Below, one piece after another: positions 19,769 to 29,320 of a DNA stretch of 64,000 nucleotides. Within the stretch, counting starts at the first letter, position 1. Every line of letters begins with the position of its first letter. The stretch comes from an uncultured Chloroflexia bacterium (GTDB lineage Bacteria; Chloroflexota; Limnocylindria; Limnocylindrales; CSP1-4). Location of the stretch: positions 3,422 to 67,421 of the forward strand of contig CAVZKO010000008.1 in assembly GCA_963775855.1 (NCBI GenBank), written 5' to 3'. The position numbers were made by a program, and so were the translations under genes. The notes below the pieces were generated by a model. The model made no database searches and was not told where the DNA came from. It worked only from the letters and a program-made list of their open reading frames with translations.

Positions 19769-21322
19769 TCAGGGGGTCGCGGCTCCCGGGGCGGGGGCCG
19801 CGACGACGTCTCCATCGGCGTCGTCTGTGTCGTTGCCCTCTGTCGCTGTCGCGTCGTCATCATCCGTCGCCTCGAGAATCACCGTGGCGGCCGCGCCGCC
19901 CAGGGCCAGGATCAGCCAGAAGTAGCGGGCGTACGACAGGTGGAGGAAGAGCCCGCTGGCGAGGTAGCCGACGAGCGCCAGCATGAAGCCGGCAGCCATC
20001 GCCGCCAGGTCCGGCCGACGGCTCAACGCCTGCGTCCGAGCGCGGGCGAGCTGGACCAGCGTTGCGACGACCGCTCCGAGGAACATCGTCAGCCCGAGGA
20101 TCCCGGTCTCAGCAGCGAGGCCGAGATAGAGGTTGTGGGCCTCGCGGTCGGCAGCCCGGACGCTGACCCCGATCTCGTCGGCGTAGTCGCGGTAGTAGTT
20201 GGGAAACTGACCCGGGCCGACACCGAGCATCGGGTGGTCGGCGAACACTCGCAGGGCTGTCAGGTTCTCGGTCGCCCGGCTCAGCAGCGAGTTGTCGGTC
20301 TGGGCGCTTGCGGGCTCGTCGGACAACAGCGCCCCGAGGTCGGCGAGACTGGCCAGGCGTGCCCCGTAGGCGGGGACGGCGATGAGGACGACCGCGATCA
20401 ACGCGGCGGCGGCGACGAGGTGGCCGATCCGGATATAGCGGAGCGCGACCATCGCGACGAGGATGAGCCCCGCGGCCAGTGCCGCTCCCCGCGAGAACGT
20501 CAGCGCAGTCGCGATCGCCGCGAGGAGGGCGCAGCCCAGCGCGGCCACCCGCAGCCAGCGTTGCCGCTCGCCGGTGAACTGCATGACCGCGAGCGGGATG
20601 AGCATCAGCATGATCTGGGCATAGCGGTTCTTCTCGCCGATGGGGCCGGCGAGCCGGGCGATGCCCGTCTCCGTAACGCCGGTGGCGGCGGCCTCGGTCT
20701 GGGCGAACCCGAAATACGACGAGCTGTATGTCTCGGTGATCTCCTGATAGAAGGAGAGCGCCCCGAGGGCGGCCCCGACAAGGAGGAGCACCCAGATCAC
20801 CGCGCGCATGAGCTCGGGCGAGCGGATCGTGTTCGTGATGAGCAGATAGAGGCCGATCCCCTCGACAAAGAACGTGCCGAGCGACGCTGCCGCATCGCTC
20901 GGGTCGCGGGCGGTCAGCGTCGACAGAATCTGGACCACGAGGAGACCCGCGATCCACGGCATGGCCGGCGTCAGCACGATCTTGTGGCGGCGGATCAAGA
21001 TGTCGTAGGCGAGCGGCGCGGCCAGGATGATCGGTACCGAAGCGCCGATGGCGAGCGGCAGACTGTGGAACTGGACGAAGACGACCGGGGCATTGCTGTA
21101 GATCAGCCCGACCACGATCAGGACCGCCGCCTCCGGCCGAATCGCCACCACTGCCACGCCGAGCAGGGCGAGCACCCCCGCGATCGCGAGGACCGGCTCA
21201 AACGCTGCAACGATCCCGACCGCGAGGCTGATCGCGATCGTCAGGATGAGCGCGATGAGCAGCAGGATCGGTCGCGATCGCTCGCGAGGCGGAGCGCCGA
21301 TTTCCGGGGCTACCGCGCTCAT
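19769..21322 (-). CDS. Wzy polymerase / O-antigen ligase family membrane protein
   Basis: About 12 TM segments, RLAGPIGEKNRYA, LTFSRGA, GVGPGQF, AHNLYLGLAAETGILG. Confidence 0.85.
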   Translation of the reverse strand: MSAVAPEIGAPPRERSRPILLLIALILTIAISLAVGIVAAFEPVLAIAGVLALLGVAVVAIRPEAAVLIVVGLIYSNAPVVFVQFHSLPLAIGASVPIILAAPLAYDILIRRHKIVLTPAMPWIAGLLVVQILSTLTARDPSDAAASLGTFFVEGIGLYLLITNTIRSPELMRAVIWVLLLVGAALGALSFYQEITETYSSSYFGFAQTEAAATGVTETGIARLAGPIGEKNRYAQIMLMLIPLAVMQFTGERQRWLRVAALGCALLAAIATALTFSRGAALAAGLILVAMVALRYIRIGHLVAAAALIAVVLIAVPAYGARLASLADLGALLSDEPASAQTDNSLLSRATENLTALRVFADHPMLGVGPGQFPNYYRDYADEIGVSVRAADREAHNLYLGLAAETGILGLTMFLGAVVATLVQLARARTQALSRRPDLAAMAAGFMLALVGYLASGLFLHLSYARYFWLILALGGAAATVILEATDDDDATATEGNDTDDADGDVVAAPAPGAATP

Positions 21323-22491
21323 CGGTCGACCGACCCGGGGTCGCTGCCGCTTCGCGTCGGCTCCCAGCGCTCAATCCGCTTCCCTCGCAGGACGTTGATC
21401 GCTGCATGAAGCGAGGCGAGGTTGACCATCACGAAGAAGCTGCCCAGAGCGACCGGGCGTGACCGACCGATGCGGGACGCAGGCGCCAGGAGGCCGATCG
21501 CCGCCGCGGCGTAGCCGCCGAGCTGGAGGATCGCGAGCAAGCGATGGAGCGCGCTCTCCCGGGCGAGGCTGAGGCTCATCGCTCCGGCCAGCAGCACCGG
21601 GACAGCCATCAACCGCCGGAGGAGCTTGTGCCAGGCGAGCTGTATTGCATAGAAGCCGGTCCGCCGCGGGTCAAGGAGTGCCCGTCGCGCCGCCACGCCT
21701 CGGAATCCCCTGCTGATGATCCGGACCTTCCGGCCGTACTCCCTGCTCGTCGTCGTGGCCGGTGGCTCGAACGCGATCGCGTCAGGGGCGAACACGAGCC
21801 GTCTCCCCCGGTCGATGACCGCTGTCGAGGTGTAGAAGTCGTCGGTCACGCCGGCGATGATCGTCGGGACCAGCGATCGGCGCACGGCGTAGATCGCGCC
21901 GGTGGCTGAGACGGTACTGCCCGCGGCGCTCTCGGCGCGCTTCATCAGTCGATCGAAGTCCCAGTAGCTCCGCTCGCCCAGCCCTGCGGTCGAGGGATCG
22001 TCGGAAGTGTAGACCTGGTTGCCCGCGACGCCGCCGACGCTCGAGTCGGCCAGCGGCCGGACGATCGCCCGCAAGGCATCCCGGGCGAACGCGCTGTTGG
22101 CGTCGGTGAAGACGACCACGTCGCCGGTCGCCCGTTCCACGGCCGCATTCAACGCGTCGGCTTTACCTACCCGCCCGAGATCGAGGACGGTGACCCGCCC
22201 GGTTGAGGCGGCCCGGGCGATTGCGACGGTGTCATCCTCCGACCCGTCCGAGGCGACGATCACCTCGAGCAGGTCTGACGGGTAGTCGAGCTCGGCCAGG
22301 TTGGCAAGGCGATCTGCGATGCTGGCGGCCTCGTTTCGGGCGGCGATCACGACGGAGATGGACGGCTCGATCGCCGCCCTGCTGACCGGTCGCGGCCGGA
22401 GAGCCGCCCGAGCCAGGATCAGAAGCGGTGCGCCGGCAAAGGTGAACGAGATGAGGCCGGCGGAAGCCCAGAAGATGATGCGCCGGATCAC
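21319..22491 (-). CDS. GT2 glycosyltransferase (membrane-associated)
   Basis: SVVIAARNEA, SDGSEDDT, GKADALN, FTDANS, TGAIYAVRR, TDDF, C-terminal TM helices. Confidence 0.9.
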   Translation of the reverse strand: MIRRIIFWASAGLISFTFAGAPLLILARAALRPRPVSRAAIEPSISVVIAARNEAASIADRLANLAELDYPSDLLEVIVASDGSEDDTVAIARAASTGRVTVLDLGRVGKADALNAAVERATGDVVVFTDANSAFARDALRAIVRPLADSSVGGVAGNQVYTSDDPSTAGLGERSYWDFDRLMKRAESAAGSTVSATGAIYAVRRSLVPTIIAGVTDDFYTSTAVIDRGRRLVFAPDAIAFEPPATTTSREYGRKVRIISRGFRGVAARRALLDPRRTGFYAIQLAWHKLLRRLMAVPVLLAGAMSLSLARESALHRLLAILQLGGYAAAAIGLLAPASRIGRSRPVALGSFFVMVNLASLHAAINVLRGKRIERWEPTRSGSDPGSVDR

Positions 22492-22564
22492 GCCGTCGAC
22501 GCTCCTCGGACGACGGTCACCGGGCGGCCGGCGCCGCCGATGACGATGGCGCGCACGTATCGAA

Positions 22565-24031
22565 TCAGCCGGCGGAGAGTCCGGCGTCGTCCGGCTCGGT
22601 CAGTGGGAAGGACGGGGCAGCGCGCGATGTGGTTGCCCGGGAGCGCTTCCGAGGCTCCCCTCGGCCGCCGGCCGTGGCGGACGCCCGAGTCGCGGCGGGT
22701 GCCCGGACGTCGACCGCAACCGTCGACGGGGCGTTGTCGGCGCGGGCAGCGCGACGCAGGCGGATCGGTCCGCGCTCAGTCAGGATCACGCCCGACGGCG
22801 ACGCTCCGATGAGACGAAGCGACTCGCCTGCGAACGCGACATCCTCGCGGCGGGACCGGTCGCGCCGGGCGACGAGGAGGACGGAGTCGGCGGCACGGGC
22901 CAGGGCGAGGGTGACGGGCGACGCCTGGATTGGCGCACCGACGATCACGACGAGGCCTTCGTCGCCGGCCAGCTTCGCGACGATCTCCCGCAGTTGTTCC
23001 GGGTCTGCCCCGTCCAGCCGGGCGCGGCCCGCGGGCAGGAGTGAGAGCGATCCTTCGCGGTCCGCCCGACGCACGGGAACGAGACCGTCTGCAAGAAGCT
23101 CGGACAGCCCGGCGCGGTCCTGCATGCCGTTGATCCGGGTGACGGTCCCGCCGGCCCCGGCTCCGTCGACCAGGACGACCTGGCGCCCGAACCGGCTCAG
23201 CGCGGCCGCCAGGTTGGCGCCGACGACAGCCGCCTCGCCCTCCCGGTCGACGTCGGTCACCAGGATGGATTTGAGGTTTGCCCGCTCCGGTCCGAGGGCG
23301 ACCTTCGCCGAGATGAGGCGGTACGGTGCCGCCGAGCGAGAGCCCGGCGCCGTGAGCACGACGAGATCCGCGGGTCCGGGCGGGTCGCCGCTCGGTGCGG
23401 GGACGGCTCCGAGGAATGGCGCCTGGGCGATCCTCGCCAGTTCCTGGCCAGTCCGGATGGTGTTGCCGAAGTATTCAAGCAGGAGGACGAGGATGATCGC
23501 GACGACGACGCCGGCCAGGGCCGCGAGCAGGACGAGGAGCGAGACCTGGGGCGCGACGGGAGTCGTCTCGGGCCGCGCGAACTCGATGATCTGGATGAGA
23601 CCCTCGGGCCGGCTGAGGCCGCGCGACGTCAGCTGCTCGAGCTCCGTCGCAAGCGTGTTGGCAAGCTTCGTCGCGACTTCCGGATCGCCCGCCTGGACAC
23701 GGATCGTCAGGATTCGAGTCACGTCGTTGGCCGTCGCGCGCGTCGCGGCCGCGAAGTCGTCGGGGCTCAGATCGAGCCCCAGCTCCTGAATCGTCGAGGT
23801 GAGAACCTCGCGCGTCGTCACGTACTGGGCGAAGGTCTGCACGAGCGCCTGGCTCGCTCGAAGCGTGTCGGTATCGGTGTTCAACGGCCCGACCAGGACC
23901 TTGACCTGCGACTCGTACGTGGGCGGGATCGTCTGGGCGACAAGGTAGCCGCTCAGGCCGGCGATCCAGGCAGCGACGACCAGCGTCCACCACCAGCGCT
24001 TGGCGACTGCTAGATACCCGGACAGCTCCAA
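22565..24031 (-). CDS. Wzz/Wzc-like polysaccharide co-polymerase with degenerate tyrosine-kinase domain
   Basis: RWWWTLVV TM1, PPTYESQVKVLV, TM2, then a kinase-like fold lacking canonical Walker motifs (TDVDREGEAAVVGANLA; VIVGAP). TTG start with SD GAGG. Confidence 0.8.
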   Translation of the reverse strand: MELSGYLAVAKRWWWTLVVAAWIAGLSGYLVAQTIPPTYESQVKVLVGPLNTDTDTLRASQALVQTFAQYVTTREVLTSTIQELGLDLSPDDFAAATRATANDVTRILTIRVQAGDPEVATKLANTLATELEQLTSRGLSRPEGLIQIIEFARPETTPVAPQVSLLVLLAALAGVVVAIILVLLLEYFGNTIRTGQELARIAQAPFLGAVPAPSGDPPGPADLVVLTAPGSRSAAPYRLISAKVALGPERANLKSILVTDVDREGEAAVVGANLAAALSRFGRQVVLVDGAGAGGTVTRINGMQDRAGLSELLADGLVPVRRADREGSLSLLPAGRARLDGADPEQLREIVAKLAGDEGLVVIVGAPIQASPVTLALARAADSVLLVARRDRSRREDVAFAGESLRLIGASPSGVILTERGPIRLRRAARADNAPSTVAVDVRAPAATRASATAGGRGEPRKRSRATTSRAAPSFPLTEPDDAGLSAG

Positions 24032-24169
24032 GTTTCGTTCCTCAGGATCCGCGCTTGGCCGGATGGGGCGCGCGAGCCGCGTCGTTTTCCGGTCGGTGGG
24101 TGCAGCCTATCATCGACACCCGGACAGGCGGGTATTGGGCGGCCAGCGGCTCCCGCGCGGACGCTGACA

Positions 24170-25147
24170 TCAACGGACCATCTGCACGCGGACCGCCGAC
24201 AGCGGCGTCCGAACCGAGACATTGATCCGGCGGAGCAGGAGCCAGCTCGCCGTGCGCAGGTCGTTGACGCCCCGGGCAGTCGTGAAGGCAATCCGGAGAC
24301 CGGCCGCACTGACGGCCTCGGCGACCGCGGGCGAGGCCGCCCCTGATGGATAGGCGAAGACCGGCAGGTTCGACCCCGTCTCGCGAGCGAGGTCATCCCG
24401 GGAACCCGCGATCTCGGCTTCGAGGGCTTCAGGCTCCAGGCGGGGCAACAGCGGGTGTGTCCGCGTATGGGGCGCCAGCGCTGCTCCTTCGCCGGCCAGG
24501 TCACGGAGCTTGGCCCAGCCGAGCACGAGGTTCCCGGGCTGCTCGCCGCCGAGCTCCGCGACGAGCCTGTCGACGGCCTCGAGCATTCGATCGTGGGCCA
24601 TCGCCTTGAGGGCATCCCGGATGGCGCGGTACGCATGCACCCGCTCCCGGGCCGATCCGAGGGGCAACTCGCCGCTCGGGGACACTACGGAGGGACGCGA
24701 CGACGTCGAAACGGCCCGATGGATACGGTCCCACCAGAAGCTGAGCTTTGGAGCGTCCGGGTAGGCGGTTGGTACGAAGAGGACGGCCGACAGCCCGCGG
24801 GCGCGGAGCGCCGGCCAGGCGTGCTCGGCGAAGTCGACGTAGGCGTCGTCGAACGTGAGCAGCAACGACCGAGGCGGGAGGGCCGGGCCGCCGTTCGAAC
24901 GCCGGACGAGGTCGTCGACGGAGATCACGGCGTGGCGCTTGGCGAGCGTATCGAGCAGCTCGCAGAAGCCGGCCGGGGTCGCGCTGAGCAGTCCAGGCGC
25001 GACGTCGACGCCGGGCGGCGCGACGCGATGGAATGTCAGGACCGCCAGTGAGTCCGGCCGGCGAGGGACGAGCCGCTCGAGGATGTCGACCGCCGCCGCC
25101 GCGGGCGGGCCGGCGGCGAGCGCCCGAAGAACGCCTGTGAGCGCCAT
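24170..25147 (-). CDS. Polysaccharide deacetylase (NodB/CE4)
   Basis: VLTFHRV, LLLTFDDAY, HTRTHP and FAYPSG motifs. Start placed at ATG 25147, 2 nt after the upstream stop. Confidence 0.88.
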   Translation of the reverse strand: MALTGVLRALAAGPPAAAAVDILERLVPRRPDSLAVLTFHRVAPPGVDVAPGLLSATPAGFCELLDTLAKRHAVISVDDLVRRSNGGPALPPRSLLLTFDDAYVDFAEHAWPALRARGLSAVLFVPTAYPDAPKLSFWWDRIHRAVSTSSRPSVVSPSGELPLGSARERVHAYRAIRDALKAMAHDRMLEAVDRLVAELGGEQPGNLVLGWAKLRDLAGEGAALAPHTRTHPLLPRLEPEALEAEIAGSRDDLARETGSNLPVFAYPSGAASPAVAEAVSAAGLRIAFTTARGVNDLRTASWLLLRRINVSVRTPLSAVRVQMVR

Positions 25148-25149
25148 CC

Positions 25150-26436
25150 TCAGCCGGCCGGTCGCGCGGCGTCTACCCTCGCCGGCTCGGCCGCCTCGGC
25201 CGGCCTCCGGCCCATCGCCGTCGAGAACAGGCGCCTGCCGGCTGCCCGGAACCCGGCGGCGGCGGTGTGCACGACGTCCGCGACGAATGGCAGCGGATCG
25301 TGCCGCGAGAAGACCGCCTCGACCTTTGGCCCCTTCACGGATGTCAGCCAATCGCCGACCGACAGCTGACCGCGACGGGCTCGGACGAGTGCGGCCTGGA
25401 GGTCGTGGCGCCAGTAGATCCACTTGACGCCGCGATATTCCTGCGTGACCGCGTCCGGCAAGGGCTCGCCGAGGGCGTCCCGGTACGCTGACATGAGGAG
25501 CTCCACGCCACCCTTCTCGGCAATCGCCGAGCGGCCGGTCGGCCGCCCGATGTTCGGCTCGATGATCATCAGCCGGCCGGTCCGTTCATCCTCCTTCGCC
25601 TCGACGTAACCGAGTCCACGGTAGGCAACGCTCCCGAAGAGGTCCCGGGCGATCGACTCGGCCTCCGGGCTTCGCACCTCCTCGCCGAGGCAGCTCGTGC
25701 CGGTATCGAGGGGCCATTGCCGGAGCTTGCGAGCGACGAAGGAGACGCGCTGCGCCGATGCCCGGTCGTAATAGGTGTTGACCGAGTAGAGCGAGCGTTC
25801 TGGGCCCGGGACCCACGACTGGGCGATCAGGACGTCCGCCCAGGAAGCGCAAGCGTCGTAGCGGGCGAGCAGCTCGTCGGGCGTATCGACCCGGATTGCC
25901 TTCGCCCTCGTCGCAGCGAGCCACGCCGGGCCCTTGAGGCCGGGCTTCAGGACCGCCGGGAACGTCAGGGACGCCGCTGCGAGTTCGGCGTCGACCCGCG
26001 AGCGGAGGACGGCCGTCGGTGGGATCGCCAGGCCCGTTGCTATCGCGTGCTCGGCGAAGCCGACCTTGTCCATGAGCCGCTCGACGTCGGCGTGGTCGGG
26101 CAGTACGAAGCGGAACGCACCGGCCAGGCGTTCGCGGCCGGCGGAGACCGCAAGCACCGCCGCGTCGGTGCAGGGGATGAGCACGCCCGGCTGGTCAAGT
26201 CGGGCGCCGAGCGCCACGAGGGCGTCGACGAGCGCTTCGCCTCGGAGCGTTGCCCGGACGATCGCGACCGGCAGTCGGGTCCGGGCGCAGAAGTGCTGGG
26301 CATCGGCGACGACGCCGACGACCGGGATGCCCCGAGCGTCGAAGATCCGGGTCGACTGCAGGCCGGTGATGCAGTCCAGCCCGACGATGACAGCGGGCGG
26401 GCGGTCGGTCGGGATCCGACCCGTCGTTCGGATCAA
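25150..26436 (-). CDS. ATP-grasp carboxylate-amine ligase (D-aspartate-ligase-like)
   Basis: LMDKVGF, FPAVLKP, IAQSWVPG, RKLRQWP..GTSC, YVEAKED...IIEPN. TTG start overlaps the pepM stop (TTGA). Confidence 0.82.
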   Translation of the reverse strand: MIRTTGRIPTDRPPAVIVGLDCITGLQSTRIFDARGIPVVGVVADAQHFCARTRLPVAIVRATLRGEALVDALVALGARLDQPGVLIPCTDAAVLAVSAGRERLAGAFRFVLPDHADVERLMDKVGFAEHAIATGLAIPPTAVLRSRVDAELAAASLTFPAVLKPGLKGPAWLAATRAKAIRVDTPDELLARYDACASWADVLIAQSWVPGPERSLYSVNTYYDRASAQRVSFVARKLRQWPLDTGTSCLGEEVRSPEAESIARDLFGSVAYRGLGYVEAKEDERTGRLMIIEPNIGRPTGRSAIAEKGGVELLMSAYRDALGEPLPDAVTQEYRGVKWIYWRHDLQAALVRARRGQLSVGDWLTSVKGPKVEAVFSRHDPLPFVADVVHTAAAGFRAAGRRLFSTAMGRRPAEAAEPARVDAARPAG

Positions 26437-27344
26437 GCCGGACCGGCCTCGTCCTCGAGGGCGATCGCTTCCTTCGTGCCGACGAGGTCGAAAATGTGAT
26501 TGACCGACACGATGTCGTCCTCGACGTCGGACGCTCGCCCGGCGACGGCCAGCTTGGCGAGGGTCGCCTCCATCGCCCCAACCGCGGCGCGCATCGGATG
26601 GTTGGCAAGGATGACGAGGTTGAAGCCCCGCTCGTAGAGCTGGGCCGACGAGAAGGTCGGGAAGAGCGTCGGAACGGCGACCAGAGGGAGCTTGCCGAAG
26701 CCCTTCCACGACGACAGGAATCCGTCGATCTCGGCCAGGGTCTTGTCGCGCGAGTGGATGAGGATGGCGTCGACGCCCGCGTCAGCGTAGGCATCGGCCC
26801 GTTCGCAGGCATCTTCCACGCCGTGACCGGCGATCAGGCTCTCGACCCGGGCGATGAGGATGAAGTCATCGGTCTGCTGCGCCCGCTTTGCCGCCCGCAA
26901 CCGGCGTGCCTGCTCTGCCGCCGGGATCAACTCGCGCTTCGTCTCCGCGCCGAGGAGGCTGTTCCGCTTGGGGAACAGGTTGTCCTCGATGCTGATCCCC
27001 GAGATCCCGGCCCGCTCGTACTCCACGAGCGTGCGCACGACGTTGCCGAGACCCCCGAAGCCGTTGTCGCAGTCGGCGATGACCGGGAGCTCAGTTGCGC
27101 CGTCGATCCGCTGGGCCGCCGCAAGCGTCTCCGACATCGTCGTGAGGTTCAGGTCGGGCAGGGCATGGGCCATCGTCGCGACGCCAAGCCCGCTGACCCA
27201 GACGGCGTCGAAGCCGTGCTCGCCGATCAGCTTTGCGCTGAGGGCATCGTGAGCCCCGACGGCGACGATCGATCGGGTGCCGTGGAGACCTTCCTTGAGT
27301 CGTCTCCGCTTTGCGTCTGCCCTATTCACGGTGGCTCGGGACAT
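26433..27344 (-). CDS. pepM: Phosphoenolpyruvate mutase (ICL/PEPM superfamily)
   Basis: AHDALSAK, WVSGLG, LPD, IADCDNGFG, EDNLFPKRNSL loop, IARVES, ILIHS. Lacks the K[KR]CGH motif of isocitrate/methylisocitrate lyases. Confidence 0.78.
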   Translation of the reverse strand: MSRATVNRADAKRRRLKEGLHGTRSIVAVGAHDALSAKLIGEHGFDAVWVSGLGVATMAHALPDLNLTTMSETLAAAQRIDGATELPVIADCDNGFGGLGNVVRTLVEYERAGISGISIEDNLFPKRNSLLGAETKRELIPAAEQARRLRAAKRAQQTDDFILIARVESLIAGHGVEDACERADAYADAGVDAILIHSRDKTLAEIDGFLSSWKGFGKLPLVAVPTLFPTFSSAQLYERGFNLVILANHPMRAAVGAMEATLAKLAVAGRASDVEDDIVSVNHIFDLVGTKEAIALEDEAGPA

Positions 27345-28293
27345 GGATCGGGGACATCTGTTCCTCCGCGGAGACTGGATCGAAACGATCGATGATTGCG
27401 ATGACTTCCTGGCCGATTTCCTCCTGCGCATCAATCGTCTGCGCGCCGATGTGCGGCGTCAGGACGACATTCGGCAGGTCGGCCAATGGCGATCGCTTGC
27501 CCTCGCCCTCTGCCACGTGGACATCGAGTGCGGCGCCACGGAGCCGGCCGCCGGGCTGCAGGGCGTCGAAGAGCGCCGCCTCGTCCACGACCCCGCCACG
27601 GGCGATATTCACGAGGAAGGCGCCGGGCTTGACCTTTGCCAGCTCAGCCGCGCCGATCATCCCGCGGGTGGTGTCACTGAGGGGGACATGCAGAGAAATG
27701 AAGTCGCCCTCGGCGAGGACGCGATCGAGGTCGGCGAGGTCGATCCCCTGGTCGGCGAAGGCACGCGAACGCTCCTCGCTCGGCCGCTCGACGACGCCGA
27801 TCGGGCGCATTCCCCAGGCCCCGCCAAGAGCCGCGACGCGGGAACCTATCGAGCCCAGCCCCACGATCCCCAGCCGCTTGCCGCGCAGGTTGTAGCCCAC
27901 CAGCTCCGACTTCGCCCAGTGGGCCGCCCGCAGATGGCGATCGGCCAGGACGATGCTGCGGGCCAGCGCGATCATCAAGCCGAACGTCAACTCGGCGACG
28001 GCCTGGGCGCCGGGTCCCGGGATGCGGATCAGCTCGATTCCGCGCTCCCGGACCGTCGCGAGGTCGAGGTTGTCGAGCCCGGAGCCGGCTCGGACCAGGA
28101 GTCGCAGGTCGGGTGCGGCGAGCACGCCCGGCCCGATGCTGACGCCGCTCCGGAAGACGATCGCCTGGCGGTCGGCCGCGGCCTCGGCGAGGACGTCCTC
28201 GGACGCGCCGATTGCCGTCCGGACATCGTGCCTGGACTGGAGTGCCGCGAGCGCGGCGGGGGCGATCTGGCTCGCGACGAGGATTCGCATCAC
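27322..28293 (-). CDS. D-isomer-specific 2-hydroxyacid dehydrogenase (SerA-like, no ACT domain); candidate phosphonopyruvate reductase
   Basis: RAGSGLDNLD, AVAEL, LGIVGLGSIG, ISLHVPL, LVNIARGGVVDE, AALDV, LTPHIGA. Confidence 0.88.
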   Translation of the reverse strand: MMRILVASQIAPAALAALQSRHDVRTAIGASEDVLAEAAADRQAIVFRSGVSIGPGVLAAPDLRLLVRAGSGLDNLDLATVRERGIELIRIPGPGAQAVAELTFGLMIALARSIVLADRHLRAAHWAKSELVGYNLRGKRLGIVGLGSIGSRVAALGGAWGMRPIGVVERPSEERSRAFADQGIDLADLDRVLAEGDFISLHVPLSDTTRGMIGAAELAKVKPGAFLVNIARGGVVDEAALFDALQPGGRLRGAALDVHVAEGEGKRSPLADLPNVVLTPHIGAQTIDAQEEIGQEVIAIIDRFDPVSAEEQMSPIHVPSHRE

Positions 28294-29162
28294 GAACCTG
28301 CCACCGACGGGTTGTCCACGATCGTCGGCTGCCCGATCGAGGCGGCCAGTTCGTCGACCAGGTCCGGCGCCAGGACCGATGCCTGCGTCCCCTCGGCCGG
28401 CTCAGCGACCCCCTCCGCCTGGCCGCTCGTGTCGCCGACGATGGTGCCGCCCGCTACGAAGGCGACAATTCGTCCGACGATGTCGTCGACGACTTCGCCA
28501 ACGGGCCGGTTTGCGTCGACCACCTGGAATGCCGGGAGGACACGCTCGAGATCGAGGTACTCGAGCCGGCGCTTCGCCACTCGCTCGAGCGATTCTCCCG
28601 GCTTGCGCGCGGTCAACACCTCTGGCGGGGCGTCGAGGAACAGCGTCAGCTCCGGCTTCGGATACCAGTGGCGAAGCACGTAGCCGTGAATTCGCGCGTC
28701 GAGCGGCCGCCGACGGTTGGTTGGCGCGATCGTGGTTGCGTAGTAGTCGGCGAAGAAGTGACGGTCGAAGACGACGACCGCGGGGCGTCGCTGGATGCGC
28801 CGCGCGAGGGCGGCCCGATAGGCCTCCTCGGCGAGCCAGTTCGTGATCCGGATCAAACGCCGGGCGGCCGCGAGCGGGCCACCGTGGCGCGAGTCTGGTT
28901 CCGAATGCCCGACGGTCATGTCAGGGTTGCCGCCGCGACGGCGCTTGATGGCCAGGGCCAGGCGGGTCGTTGGCAGCATGACCGGGCTCGCCGCGAGGTT
29001 GACGCCCATGTACAGGTAGCTGGCGTCGAAGGGCAGTCGCCCGATCAGTTCGTGGGCGACGGTCGACTTGCCGGCGCCGTCGATTCCGATGAGCGCGACG
29101 CTTCGACCGATCTGCACGGGTGGGGCTGGTGATGCCCGACCGGCCGCGTCGTAATTCCTCAT
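28290..29162 (-). CDS. Thymidylate-kinase-like P-loop kinase (start uncertain)
   Basis: ALIGIDGAGKST, VVFDRHF, PKPELTLFLDAPPEVL.ARK. Confidence 0.7.
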   Translation of the reverse strand: MRNYDAAGRASPAPPVQIGRSVALIGIDGAGKSTVAHELIGRLPFDASYLYMGVNLAASPVMLPTTRLALAIKRRRGGNPDMTVGHSEPDSRHGGPLAAARRLIRITNWLAEEAYRAALARRIQRRPAVVVFDRHFFADYYATTIAPTNRRRPLDARIHGYVLRHWYPKPELTLFLDAPPEVLTARKPGESLERVAKRRLEYLDLERVLPAFQVVDANRPVGEVVDDIVGRIVAFVAGGTIVGDTSGQAEGVAEPAEGTQASVLAPDLVDELAASIGQPTIVDNPSVAGS

Positions 29163-29320
29163 CTGCGTACTAGGACCCCCACCCGAATGTACCGGCGGCG
29201 CCGCCGGATCAACGAACCGGGAGTGTAGGTCAAGTTGGGCCCCGCTGCGCGGAGTAGTTGGTGCCCGACGGGTCGTTGGGGCCATGTCGCGGCACGGAAT
29301 GCGTTGCTAGTCAGCAACAT

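Noticed and set aside
26433-27344. Isocitrate or methylisocitrate lyase call for the PEPM-family gene
   Set aside because: Lacks the K[KR]CGH catalytic motif and has the FPKxNS loop of PEP mutases.
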